Shown: one piece after another, positions 27,319 to 36,304 of the stretch
How positions within the stretch are numbered: the stretch's first letter is position 1
Layout of the letters: each line of letters starts with the position of its first letter
Origin: a virus
IMG/VR virus record: IMGVR_UViG_3300046692_000130
Span: 30,595 to 94,594 of that record
Reading direction: 5' to 3' (one strand)
Length of the DNA: 64,000 bases
The notes under the pieces: generated by a model
What the model saw: the letters and a program-made list of their open reading frames with translations, nothing else
The model's database searches: none
Told to the model about the DNA's origin: nothing
Made by a program: the position numbers and the translations under genes

Positions 27319-28293
27319 TTAGAACAAATCGTCTGCAGTGAAGCTCTGCATCTTCTTGCTGTAGGCGACACTCTTCTTGTTGAAGAAGTCGTTGTTGACT
27401 TCGGTCTGAAGCTCTTCATCGAACCAGCGCAGAGTCTCCAGCTTGTCCTTGTCGACCTCGAATACCAACGGCGCGTCGATCAGCACCATGGACTCATTGA
27501 AGCGCTGCTTGATGAATTCCTTGACAGTTTCTTTGGGCAGGAACGGAAGCTCACCGGCCTCGAAGATCCAGTCGATGATCTGGCACTCAGCCTCGAATGC
27601 CTTCTTGGCGGCGCGGTGGATCGTCTTGTAGAAGTCCTCGTTGAACCACTCAGGGTTCTCGGTCTTGATGTACTTGACGATGGTCGCGCCGAGGAGAGCA
27701 TGAATTGTCTCTTCCTTCTGCGTGGCCTGTACGACGTTGTCAATGTCCTTCAGCAGATTGCGATGCTTGTTGAATGACTTGATGATTGCGAACTGGCTGA
27801 ACAGCGACACGTTCTCAATGAACATAGAGAAGAGCGTCAGCGTGAGTGCGTAGTTCTGGTTGCTGCTGTCGGCTGCACCTTTGAGGTACTTGGTCAGGTA
27901 ATCGACCCGGCCCTGAATGACAGGATTCTGGAGCAGCATGGTGAAGTCGTCGTTCAGGCCAAGCACCTGTAGGAGATGAGAGTAGGCGTCAGCGTGGCGT
28001 ACTTCGCTCTCGCCGAACGTCACACCCACCTGCTCAAACTCAGCCTTGGGGAACCTGTCGCCCAGCTTCGTCCAGAATCGCTTCACTGAGATCTCGATCT
28101 GTGAGATGGCCAGCAGAGTGTTCTTGATGGCATTGCGCTCGACCGCGTCCAGCTTGACATTGAAGTCCTGCAAGTCTGCAGTGAAGTTCCACTCCGAGAC
28201 CAGCCAGAAGCTGTGGTTGATTGCGTCTTTGAATGCGACTACATCTGGATATTCGAATGGCTTGAACGCCACTCGTTTGGTAAAGATACTCAA
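27319..28293 (-). CDS. nrdB: Class I ribonucleotide reductase beta subunit
   Basis: ESEVRHADAY, EETIH and DFF..KSVAY motifs. Confidence 0.95.
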   Translation of the reverse strand: MSIFTKRVAFKPFEYPDVVAFKDAINHSFWLVSEWNFTADLQDFNVKLDAVERNAIKNTLLAISQIEISVKRFWTKLGDRFPKAEFEQVGVTFGESEVRHADAYSHLLQVLGLNDDFTMLLQNPVIQGRVDYLTKYLKGAADSSNQNYALTLTLFSMFIENVSLFSQFAIIKSFNKHRNLLKDIDNVVQATQKEETIHALLGATIVKYIKTENPEWFNEDFYKTIHRAAKKAFEAECQIIDWIFEAGELPFLPKETVKEFIKQRFNESMVLIDAPLVFEVDKDKLETLRWFDEELQTEVNNDFFNKKSVAYSKKMQSFTADDLF

Positions 28294-28814
28294 GACTTCC
28301 CTTTCACGTAGTGGTTGTAGATGTACTCTGCCGCTTCTTCAGTGGGCAGCAAATGACTATGAGGCAGAAGCTTCCACCCGATGAGTAGAGAGAGAAGATC
28401 CGTGTCGATCCGTTTGGCTTCCTCTTTTGTCTGGCCACGTCCGACTGTCATGTAGGGACGGTCGCCACGTTTGAGGTAAAACAGAAGGTTGTCGTAGCTT
28501 TCCCAAACCTGCTTTACAAGTGGGAAGAAAGCGCGGTGGTAGTCGGATGACGCGTAGTTAGCACACAGCAAAAGTGGACTGTCACATATAGCCCAGTCCA
28601 CCTTGCCTTGAAGTCTTTGCAACCTTCGATTCTGTTTGGCGAGTACGTATAGTTGGTCGGACAGCACATTGCTGCGCTCTTCCCAGACCATGTCCTTCGC
28701 ATACTCGTTCACCAGTTCGACGTTGTATCCTGCCTTCTTCATCAGGACAAACAACTCAGCCGCTGTTGTGCTCTTACCTGCGCCCGGGCCAGCAATCAGG
28801 TTGATAACTTTCAT
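28290..28814 (-). CDS. AAA_28 / NadR-like P-loop kinase
   Basis: GPGAGKST, EYAKD and DSPLL motifs. Confidence 0.75.
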   Translation of the reverse strand: MKVINLIAGPGAGKSTTAAELFVLMKKAGYNVELVNEYAKDMVWEERSNVLSDQLYVLAKQNRRLQRLQGKVDWAICDSPLLLCANYASSDYHRAFFPLVKQVWESYDNLLFYLKRGDRPYMTVGRGQTKEEAKRIDTDLLSLLIGWKLLPHSHLLPTEEAAEYIYNHYVKGKS

Positions 28815-29830
28815 GCCGCCATCGCCGCCTTGATGTAGTCCTCAGACTTGCCCATCACCTTGAGCGTGGCAATCTTGGTCGCCCTGTAAGCTTCTACATC
28901 ATCGGTCAGCAACTGACGTACGCCAGCCTTGCCCATAATCGTGGTGCCGTCGAAGGTATAGTTCTTGCTGCTCTGCTTCCAGACGTTGCTCTTGATCGCG
29001 TACTGGGCGAGACTTGCGAAGTCGTCCAGACCATGGCCGAACATGAGATCTTCTTCGACCTCGCGGAACGGACTGGCAACCTTGTTCTTGATCGCCTTGA
29101 TCTTCGTCCTGTTGCCAGCGTTGACGTCGCCTTCCTTCACCTGTGCCAGACGACGAACGTCCAAGCGAACGGATGCGAAGAATGGAAGCGCACGGCCACC
29201 CGGCGTCGTCTCATTGGATCCGAACGTCACACCGATCTTCTCGCGAATCTGGTTGATGAAGCAGACGATGGTGCCGGTCTGGTTTGCAGCCGCTGTGATC
29301 TTACGCAGCGCCTTTGCCATCATGCGCGCCTGAAGTCCAACGTGAGCATCTTCCATCTCGCCATCGAGTTCTGCCTTCGGTGTAAGGGCAGCGACTGAGT
29401 CGACCACACAGATCCCAACACCACGACTGTGGATAAGATCGATAGTGGCCTGTAGTGCTTGCTCACCGTAGTCAGGCTGGCCGACGAGGAGGTTGTCGAC
29501 GTCTACACCCAGCGCATTGGCATAGGTGACGTCCAGTGCATGCTCTGCGTCGACGAAGGCTGCATTCTTGCCAAGCTTCTGGGCGCTGGCGATCAGGTGC
29601 AGGTTAGTGGTTGTCTTGCCCGATGAGGCTGGGCCAATCATCTCGACGACGCGCCCGTCTGGGACGCCTCCAATGCCGAGTACATGATGATCGATACCGA
29701 AGACACCGATTGGAATGTTGGGTAGGATCCGGTCGACCTTGTCGCCGAGGCGTTGGAAGTTCAGCCCCAGATCCTTCTTGATTTTCTTGACTGCTGCCTC
29801 TAGGGCTTCATTCTGTTCTTTCGTACTCAG
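28811..29830 (-). CDS. recA: RecA recombinase
   Basis: GPASSGKTT, DAEHALD, DSVAAL, FINQIREKIG and TTPGGRAL motifs; probable CTG start. Confidence 0.95.
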   Translation of the reverse strand: MSTKEQNEALEAAVKKIKKDLGLNFQRLGDKVDRILPNIPIGVFGIDHHVLGIGGVPDGRVVEMIGPASSGKTTTNLHLIASAQKLGKNAAFVDAEHALDVTYANALGVDVDNLLVGQPDYGEQALQATIDLIHSRGVGICVVDSVAALTPKAELDGEMEDAHVGLQARMMAKALRKITAAANQTGTIVCFINQIREKIGVTFGSNETTPGGRALPFFASVRLDVRRLAQVKEGDVNAGNRTKIKAIKNKVASPFREVEEDLMFGHGLDDFASLAQYAIKSNVWKQSSKNYTFDGTTIMGKAGVRQLLTDDVEAYRATKIATLKVMGKSEDYIKAAMAA

Positions 29831-30294
29831 ATGAACTCCTTCGGTTCTTTTGGGCCAATCTCCACGACCACGCACTCGGACTGCTTACCCTGCATTGCGA
29901 GATGCGCCATCGGCAAAAGCCACTGGAGATTAGGGACGTGATTGAGGAGCGAGACTTCGCGCCAGTTGTGAATGCGAATTGGTTCGTCAGTCGGCGACTG
30001 CAACTGCTTCAACGGGCCTGTAGCGACAAAGAAGTAGACGCAGAAACCATCACCAACCAAGGTGCAGAACGGCTTCCAGTCACTTGTCTTCGTCTCGTAC
30101 CCAGTCTCCTCACGGAACTCGCGCACCATAGCGTCGACTGTTATCTCACCCGCTTCGACGTGACCGCCGACAGCGTTGAGCTTCCTCGCTTGCCACTCTG
30201 GGCGCTTCTTCCTGATGAGTGCAACACGGTTGCTCACTCCAGCTTCGAGTACATCGAACATGAACCCTGCAACGTATCTAATCGACGTCGCCAT
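29827..30294 (-). CDS. NUDIX hydrolase
   Basis: GGHVEAGE....AMVREFREETG Nudix box. Confidence 0.9.
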   Translation of the reverse strand: MATSIRYVAGFMFDVLEAGVSNRVALIRKKRPEWQARKLNAVGGHVEAGEITVDAMVREFREETGYETKTSDWKPFCTLVGDGFCVYFFVATGPLKQLQSPTDEPIRIHNWREVSLLNHVPNLQWLLPMAHLAMQGKQSECVVVEIGPKEPKEFI

Positions 30295-30676
30295 TGACTA
30301 CCTCTCTTCCATGCGTAAGGGTGATTGTCTTGTCCTGCTCTGGCAGGTACTCTTTCCACGTCTTCGACCACGGGCCTCGTACCGAGAACACCCACGTCGT
30401 TCCCACACTCTTTACCTTGTGGAACATGTCTCGTGGCGTCTTGATCCATGCCAGAGAAGGCATGTACACATTTACGTACTGGCCTCGTGGGTACTCAATC
30501 AAACAACCTTTGAGCACCCATGACCGGGCGTTGAATGCGTGACTGTGGTATGCCTCGCGTGATCCATCAGCAAAGCGTAGAAACACGATGCTGAAGAGGC
30601 TCTTTGCTTCGATGAGGAAGTAGCCATGTACACGCGACTCTGGCCCACCGTCCTTCATACGTTTGAAGAGCTTCAA
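30278..30676 (-). CDS. Cupin-like phage protein
   Basis: HSHAF...GCLIE...FHKV...TW..GPW. Confidence 0.6.
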   Translation of the reverse strand: MKLFKRMKDGGPESRVHGYFLIEAKSLFSIVFLRFADGSREAYHSHAFNARSWVLKGCLIEYPRGQYVNVYMPSLAWIKTPRDMFHKVKSVGTTWVFSVRGPWSKTWKEYLPEQDKTITLTHGREVVNGDVD

Positions 30677-31074
30677 GCGGCAGACTCCTCAGAAATGATT
30701 GCGTCGGCGTCTGTAACGTCTGCGAGGGTTTCCTTCTGCTCGATCAGAAACTCGCGGAGATGCTTCAGATGCTTGGCATACTTGACGCCCGTCTTCTGAC
30801 GAAGAAGGATCTCGCCGCCGTCAGTCTGCAGCACGAGCAGGTTCTGCTTAGTTGAGTCTGGGTTGGCCGTGAAGAATGTCAGCCAGCAGCCGGGACAGTT
30901 TGTGTTGGGAACAGTGATCGGGCTGATGCGGTGACCGCAGTTCAGTCCGTCGATGTTGTTACTGTTCGGGTAGATTCGGCACATCAGTTTTTCAGGCTTT
31001 GGGTTGTCTGGTGACATTTCGTCGTACGTCCTTTGTGCAGACATAAGCTGCATATGGTGAGAGTTCAACATCAA
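30673..31074 (-). CDS. Hypothetical protein
   Basis: CGH...CPGCW; tiles with neighbours. Confidence 0.5.
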   Translation of the reverse strand: MMLNSHHMQLMSAQRTYDEMSPDNPKPEKLMCRIYPNSNNIDGLNCGHRISPITVPNTNCPGCWLTFFTANPDSTKQNLLVLQTDGGEILLRQKTGVKYAKHLKHLREFLIEQKETLADVTDADAIISEESAA

Positions 31075-31420
31075 TGAAGCGCTGGCCCACGAGATCGCGA
31101 ACCTGTACGTCGTAGTCGGCGAACTCTGGCGGTACTGCGTCTAACTGACCGTAGTTGTGGTAGAACTCCACGAAGTAGCGCAGAAGATGAGGATGGCCTT
31201 GCAGTGCGCGACGTGCGTTCGTCTCTGTGTCGCAGACAAAGTCTGACTGTGATGGCCTGATCTTCGCCGTGCTACGCGTGTACGTGGCTTTACCGGCCTC
31301 GTTACCACGGTCGTACGCTATTGCTTGGATCCCGCCGCCAGCAGCTTTCATCTCCTGCCAGAGTGGAATGTTCTGTCTGAATGCTTTGTGTGCCTCTCGG
31401 CGCTCTGCCCTAGTTGGCAT
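30992..31420 (-). CDS. Hypothetical protein
   Basis: GGAG RBS before MPTRAERR. Confidence 0.55.
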   Translation of the reverse strand: MPTRAERREAHKAFRQNIPLWQEMKAAGGGIQAIAYDRGNEAGKATYTRSTAKIRPSQSDFVCDTETNARRALQGHPHLLRYFVEFYHNYGQLDAVPPEFADYDVQVRDLVGQRFIDVELSPYAAYVCTKDVRRNVTRQPKA

Positions 31421-31799
31421 TGGTGACGCTCCCGTTCTTGCGAAGCGCAACCAACTCTGTGACAAGGCCCATAAACTGTTCGAACTCCATCGTTACCTGA
31501 GTCATCTCTTTGTTCTTTCCATGGAAGAGAAGCTTGATGGTCGGTCGACTGACGTATTTGAGGAAGTGCTTCTTGAATGTGGTGAAGACGTTGAGTGCTT
31601 CTACTTGCTTGCACTCGATGTCGAAGTTGAAGATCTTACGGGCAGCGGGTGTCAGTATCACGTCCACGCCGGTCACGCCCATCGATGTTGATTTGATATC
31701 GTCCGGTTCAAGTTCGTAGAGCGCGCCGATCTCTCGCAGAGCATCGCGCACTTTGTCTTGGCACCGGCGACCTTTCGCCTTGGCGCTGCTGGTTCTGAT
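31410..31799 (-). CDS. Holliday junction resolvase (PD-(D/E)XK)
   Basis: RTSSAKAKGR...MGVTGVD...IECK; the conserved N-terminus requires a non-canonical (ATC) start. Confidence 0.75.
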   Translation of the reverse strand: MRTSSAKAKGRRCQDKVRDALREIGALYELEPDDIKSTSMGVTGVDVILTPAARKIFNFDIECKQVEALNVFTTFKKHFLKYVSRPTIKLLFHGKNKEMTQVTMEFEQFMGLVTELVALRKNGSVTNAN

Positions 31800-31880
31800 A
31801 AGTCTTTTCCTATTTGGGGATTTGTCGCGCTGGGGGAAATGCTCACCCCAGCTAACGACGATGTGTTGCGAACTTCTGGG

Positions 31881-32120
31881 TTACGACCGAACGACTACTG
31901 GGTACCCGCGCCCAACCGTCTGGAATCCAAGTTCATGGTTCTCGTCGGTATGGGGCATGAGATGAAGTGTCCCATCGGTCTTGATGAGGAGAATGTCGCC
32001 GAATGGCTTGCGACTGCCGTTATCGTCTGCTGCGTAAAGCATGACCCCTTCATGCGTATTGCGAAGTGCGTAGTCGGTTACCTTGTTGCGCCTGAAACGC
32101 TTGAGAAGCTTCTTGAGCAT
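31881..32120 (-). CDS. Hypothetical protein
   Basis: AAGGA RBS; directly after a promoter. Confidence 0.55.
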   Translation of the reverse strand: MLKKLLKRFRRNKVTDYALRNTHEGVMLYAADDNGSRKPFGDILLIKTDGTLHLMPHTDENHELGFQTVGRGYPVVVRS

Positions 32121-32147
32121 TAGTTCCTTTCTGTTTGGGATGTCCTA

Positions 32148-32191
32148 ATAGTACGACAACTCTTTACCGAATGCAATAGTTTTTATGCTGG
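32148..32191 (-). promoter_or_regulatory. Sigma70-like promoter
   Basis: CCAGCATAAAAACTA-TTGCAT-17-TACTAT. Confidence 0.7.
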
Positions 32192-32440
32192 TTCTGGAAC
32201 GATTTGTTCAAGCACTGGAAGTGGAGGCTTGCCTGTCGCTTCACGGTAGACATTGACGACCTTGTAGAGCCACTGGTTGTAGGCTTCGACAAACTTCAGT
32301 TCAGCGAACTCGGGCGTCTTATCCTTGACGCTAACCTCGCCGTCCTTGGAGCGAATGACGAACTCGCCATCCTCTTCCCACGACATGACAGCGATGGCCA
32401 TGGTCGCGCCGGTAACAAATTCTTTTACATTGGTGATCAA
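32183..32440 (-). CDS. Hypothetical protein (weak HicB-like fold)
   Basis: WEEDGEFV...KTPEFAE pattern; coupled to the ligase gene. Confidence 0.45.
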   Translation of the reverse strand: MITNVKEFVTGATMAIAVMSWEEDGEFVIRSKDGEVSVKDKTPEFAELKFVEAYNQWLYKVVNVYREATGKPPLPVLEQIVPEPA

Positions 32441-33579
32441 CTCATGTCCTCTTCTAACCGGATAGCATGTCCGATTGGTAAATTGGGCAGACCGTCTACG
32501 GTGCGACCGAAGAAGCGAACCGTCAGCTTCTGCCCCTTGTACTTGTTTGAGATCTTGAGAAGTTCGCGCCGGTCGTTGTGCGTACCACGGGGCCGAGTCT
32601 CAAACTCCAGATTGTTGGTATCGTTCCTGCACTTCCAGATGACGAGATCGGCTTCGACAGACCCGGGTTCACCACCACGAGAACCGATTATCTCGAATTC
32701 AGCGTCCTCGAATTCTTTGAGCTTCAGCAGATTGCGTGACCGTGCGCCCCACTCATACACACCGTTGTAGTCGCGCACGATGAGACCTTCATAGCCTTGT
32801 AGGACAAGTGTGTCGTGTTGCTTCTTGACCTCAATGGCGTTCAGAGCGATATCAGTCTCAACCATGAACACAATGCTCTGTGGAGACTCGGTCGACATGT
32901 ATGCGTCTTCCAGTTCGGCCTCGTCGAGTTCGCGCATACGCCTATACCACGCGTGGTCGTCTTCACCCTTGATCACTGGCATGTCGTAGACGTGGTACTG
33001 AAGCTTGTCAGTCTCGCCCGGGTAGAACTTCTTCGTGCGTGAGTTGATCCACTGCAGCGTCTTACCGTGCAGATAGATCTCACCATCGAACACACAGTTC
33101 TTGGGCAACTCCCTTTCAAGCTTCTTGTTGATGTGCTTGACCTCAGTCCATTCCTTACCACCACGCGAGATCAGGACTACGCGATCACCGTCCCACTTCG
33201 CCAACGCTCGAACACCGTCGAGCTTGTGCTGCGTATAGACCGGGTAGATGACCTTCTTCTCATTCTTGCTGAACTCATGCGCCAGCATAGGCAAGAACGG
33301 CTTCTCGACAGCGTCGTCAACCGTCAGCCGATACTTGCGCTCCAGCTTGTGCTTGTGCATCGCCTCTGCCTCGACCATGGCCTGTTCCTCAGGCGTCGTA
33401 GCATTAGCCTTGCCGACGTTCTTAGGCGTAGCGATCAGTCGCGCAACCTGCATCTTGCCGCCCTGCTTGCCATGGGTGGAGACGATAGTGTCGCCCTCGA
33501 CGTGAACCTGCCACTCCTGAATAGCGCCGGTCTTCGTCTTGTGATACAGCTTCGGCCATTTCTTGGTGACCTTACTCAT
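32437..33579 (-). CDS. ATP-dependent DNA ligase
   Basis: PMLA, KLDGVR, FDGEIY, YEG and LLKLK motifs. Confidence 0.93.
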   Translation of the reverse strand: MSKVTKKWPKLYHKTKTGAIQEWQVHVEGDTIVSTHGKQGGKMQVARLIATPKNVGKANATTPEEQAMVEAEAMHKHKLERKYRLTVDDAVEKPFLPMLAHEFSKNEKKVIYPVYTQHKLDGVRALAKWDGDRVVLISRGGKEWTEVKHINKKLERELPKNCVFDGEIYLHGKTLQWINSRTKKFYPGETDKLQYHVYDMPVIKGEDDHAWYRRMRELDEAELEDAYMSTESPQSIVFMVETDIALNAIEVKKQHDTLVLQGYEGLIVRDYNGVYEWGARSRNLLKLKEFEDAEFEIIGSRGGEPGSVEADLVIWKCRNDTNNLEFETRPRGTHNDRRELLKISNKYKGQKLTVRFFGRTVDGLPNLPIGHAIRLEEDMS

Positions 33580-33715
33580 TTCGATGTGTGCTTCTTTCTA
33601 ACCACGAATGGTTGTCTGTGGGCAGATGAGTGATAGCCATGCAGATCCCTGCGAATCTGAGGCGTGTGATCGTGTCCCGGGCTGACGACTAGCATCAGAG
33701 CCAGTAGCGAATGAA

Positions 33716-33934
33716 TCATGCTTTCTTCGTCCTTAGCTTCTGGAATTTTTCGATTGCTCCGAGATCGAGCATGCTGCCGGGGTGAACTATGTCCCATGTG
33801 CGCTTGCCGGTCGGATCCACGTCTGTATAGGTGATGTAGGGGCTACCGTTGACCACGAGCATGCATAGCCCAGTGAAGTTGGGGAGTGGAGTGGCCGACT
33901 CCCACTCCTTGATCTCCCCGTTCTCTACGTACAC
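33716..33934 (-). CDS. Hypothetical protein
   Basis: Fills the gap between primase-helicase and ligase. Confidence 0.4.
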   Translation of the reverse strand: MYVENGEIKEWESATPLPNFTGLCMLVVNGSPYITYTDVDPTGKRTWDIVHPGSMLDLGAIEKFQKLRTKKA

Positions 33935-33945
33935 GTCTGGGCGAG

Positions 33946-35967
33946 TTAGAGATCTACTGATACTTCTTCCTCTACCGTCAGATCGTGTTCAGCGTCAGTC
34001 GGTGATGCCGTCTGCTGGCCCTCTGCTGCCTCAGGCTTCGTCGGTTGCGCCTCGGGTGATGTGTGGAACTTGATTCCATCCACCATGAGCACTGTGGGCG
34101 TCTTAGCCTTCTTTTCGTCGTCGGCCAGTTCACGGATCCACGACATGCTGCCTTCCATGTGCAACGTACACATACCACCCGGCGCGAAGCGACTGAGATC
34201 TACCCTGACAAACAACTTGGGCAGAAAGTTTTCGTTCGTGTCGAGATCGTCGACGTTCTCCAGATCCTTCTTGTTGAAGGTTGCTTCACGGATGCGATTG
34301 AGAACCAAGCACGAGTCGCAATCGTTGGCCGGTGCGCTGGATCCTTCCATGGCATTGGCAGTCGCCATCGCATTGTCGTCGAGACGCTTGGTCTGGCTGA
34401 TCAAGATGATGAGGATGTTCAGTTCCTTCGCCAGCACCTTCAGCTTCTTCGTCATGCGCGAGATGAATGTGTTGCGAGTCCCGGCCTCACGTCCCGGCAT
34501 AACCGAGTCGACCAGAAGCTGGAGGTTGTCGATGATGACTACCTTTGCTGCATACCTGCGAACCACTGCACGGATGCGGTCGAACGCATGGTTCTCGTCC
34601 TTGAGTGTGGCGTAGCCGAAGAGAAGATCTGCCGAACGCGATGAGTTGATCTCACGCGCCCTACGGTAGGTCTCCTGATTCATCAGGCTCTTGCCCGGGG
34701 TGTCGTCGGTCTTAGTGACGAACGATGCCCACTTGCGCGCCAGATCCTTTGGAGTCATCTCATAGCACTCGAAGAAGGTCGTCTTGTTCTTGACCTCGAC
34801 AAGATGATCTGCCCAGTTCAGAGCGAACGACGTCTTGCCGGTCTTCTGTGGGGCAGCAATGATGACGAGATGACCATCCTTAGCTGCGCCGAACTTAGCG
34901 TTGAGGCTTGGCCATGGAGTGTCGTACTCCCCGATGTTCGTGATGCCGTGCTCGGCTTCATACTCCAGTTCACCAAGCGCGTCATCCAGTCCAGTGACGT
35001 CTTCGACGTCGAATGGCCGGGAACATTTCAGCAGGATCTCCAAGTCATTGAGGCTGTTGCCAGCCATCAACCACTCATTGATGTCATTGCCCTTGGTGCG
35101 CTCCCCTTCCTTCTCCAACACCGGCGCGTTCAGATCGAACTCAGGAAGCAGGACGTTGTTGTACTTCTCGATGCCGAACCGACTAGCGAATTCCTTCGCG
35201 CCGTCCTGCCCAGCCTTGTCATTGTCGAACAGGATGTACTTGGTCTTGATGCCTTCGAGCTTCTTATCCCAAGTGACCTTCTTGCCCTCGCACCCGGGAA
35301 CGCCGACCACGTTTGTGACGCCAGCATTCAGCAGCGCGATACAGTCAGACTCACCCTCGACAAGAATCAGGTACTCCATGTCCTTGTGAATGCAGTTGAC
35401 GTTGTACAGAGGATTCTCGCGCCCGTTCGTCCCACGGAAGTCCTTCTTGAGTGGAGCTTCAGGATCGATGCTCTGAGGCAGCGTCCGGTACTTGACGAAG
35501 ATGCAATGCTCACCAACGAAGTATGGGAACATCAGCGCCGGTCGTCGACCGTAGTCACCGAAGCCACGCTCACCGAGACCCAGCTTCAGCTTCTTCACGA
35601 TCTCCAGTGAGAAGCCGCGTTCGTCATTCAGCCATTCCAGTACGTCATCCCGGCCCAGCAGCGCCTGATGTGCTGCCTCAATGTCTGGGATAGGCTCAGG
35701 TGCTTCCTTGGCCCTTACAGCGTCCTGACTCGAAGCCACGCCCGGGAGAGAGTCGCCCAGATGATTCTTCAGTGAGCGTTCATTGCCAGACTGCGCGCAT
35801 GAACCGCGCTTGCACTCATAGAGGTAGGAGTTGGCGTTGATGAAAAACTTCCAGCCATCGGAGAGGCAGAACGGGCAAGTCTCAAGGTTGCATTCGTCGC
35901 CGTTGTTCTTGTAGTTGAACCCTTTTGAGTCAAGGTACAGTTCAACTTTCGTTTTCTGCTCTGAAAT
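33946..35967 (-). CDS. Primase-helicase (T7 gp4/Twinkle-like: Zn finger, TOPRIM, DnaB)
   Basis: In-frame CPFC..CKRGSC Zn finger upstream of the track start; EGESD, DND.AG, KTGKT, IDNLQ and ISQ motifs; ATT start after AAGGGGG. Confidence 0.9.
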   Translation of the reverse strand: MSEQKTKVELYLDSKGFNYKNNGDECNLETCPFCLSDGWKFFINANSYLYECKRGSCAQSGNERSLKNHLGDSLPGVASSQDAVRAKEAPEPIPDIEAAHQALLGRDDVLEWLNDERGFSLEIVKKLKLGLGERGFGDYGRRPALMFPYFVGEHCIFVKYRTLPQSIDPEAPLKKDFRGTNGRENPLYNVNCIHKDMEYLILVEGESDCIALLNAGVTNVVGVPGCEGKKVTWDKKLEGIKTKYILFDNDKAGQDGAKEFASRFGIEKYNNVLLPEFDLNAPVLEKEGERTKGNDINEWLMAGNSLNDLEILLKCSRPFDVEDVTGLDDALGELEYEAEHGITNIGEYDTPWPSLNAKFGAAKDGHLVIIAAPQKTGKTSFALNWADHLVEVKNKTTFFECYEMTPKDLARKWASFVTKTDDTPGKSLMNQETYRRAREINSSRSADLLFGYATLKDENHAFDRIRAVVRRYAAKVVIIDNLQLLVDSVMPGREAGTRNTFISRMTKKLKVLAKELNILIILISQTKRLDDNAMATANAMEGSSAPANDCDSCLVLNRIREATFNKKDLENVDDLDTNENFLPKLFVRVDLSRFAPGGMCTLHMEGSMSWIRELADDEKKAKTPTVLMVDGIKFHTSPEAQPTKPEAAEGQQTASPTDAEHDLTVEEEVSVDL

Positions 35968-36020
35968 ACTGCGACCCCCTTTTATGTGATTGTGTTGTGT
36001 GTTGCTGCAGGAGAAGGTGA

Positions 36021-36302
36021 CTAGCGCTGGCGCTCTTTGATGAACGGCAACAGATGCTCGGTCAGGTAGTCGATGTGATGTTGCATCAGACCGCGCTCAC
36101 CACGACCAATGCTGCTCTCGTAAGTGAAGTTGGCCAGATGCTCACGAAGATCCTGCTCCAATGTTGTTGGCGCGTCCTTATGGCGCTTGAAGAACTTCGT
36201 AGTGGCCACTGCCAAGAGAATGGCGATGATACCGATGGCAAACACGGCAACCACAGCCAGCGCGGTGATGCCCTGAATGAATAGATAGAGTACGTAAAAC
36301 AT
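36021..36302 (-). CDS. Membrane protein
   Basis: Long N-terminal hydrophobic segment. Confidence 0.5.
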   Translation of the reverse strand: MFYVLYLFIQGITALAVVAVFAIGIIAILLAVATTKFFKRHKDAPTTLEQDLREHLANFTYESSIGRGERGLMQHHIDYLTEHLLPFIKERQR

Positions 36303-36304
36303 GT

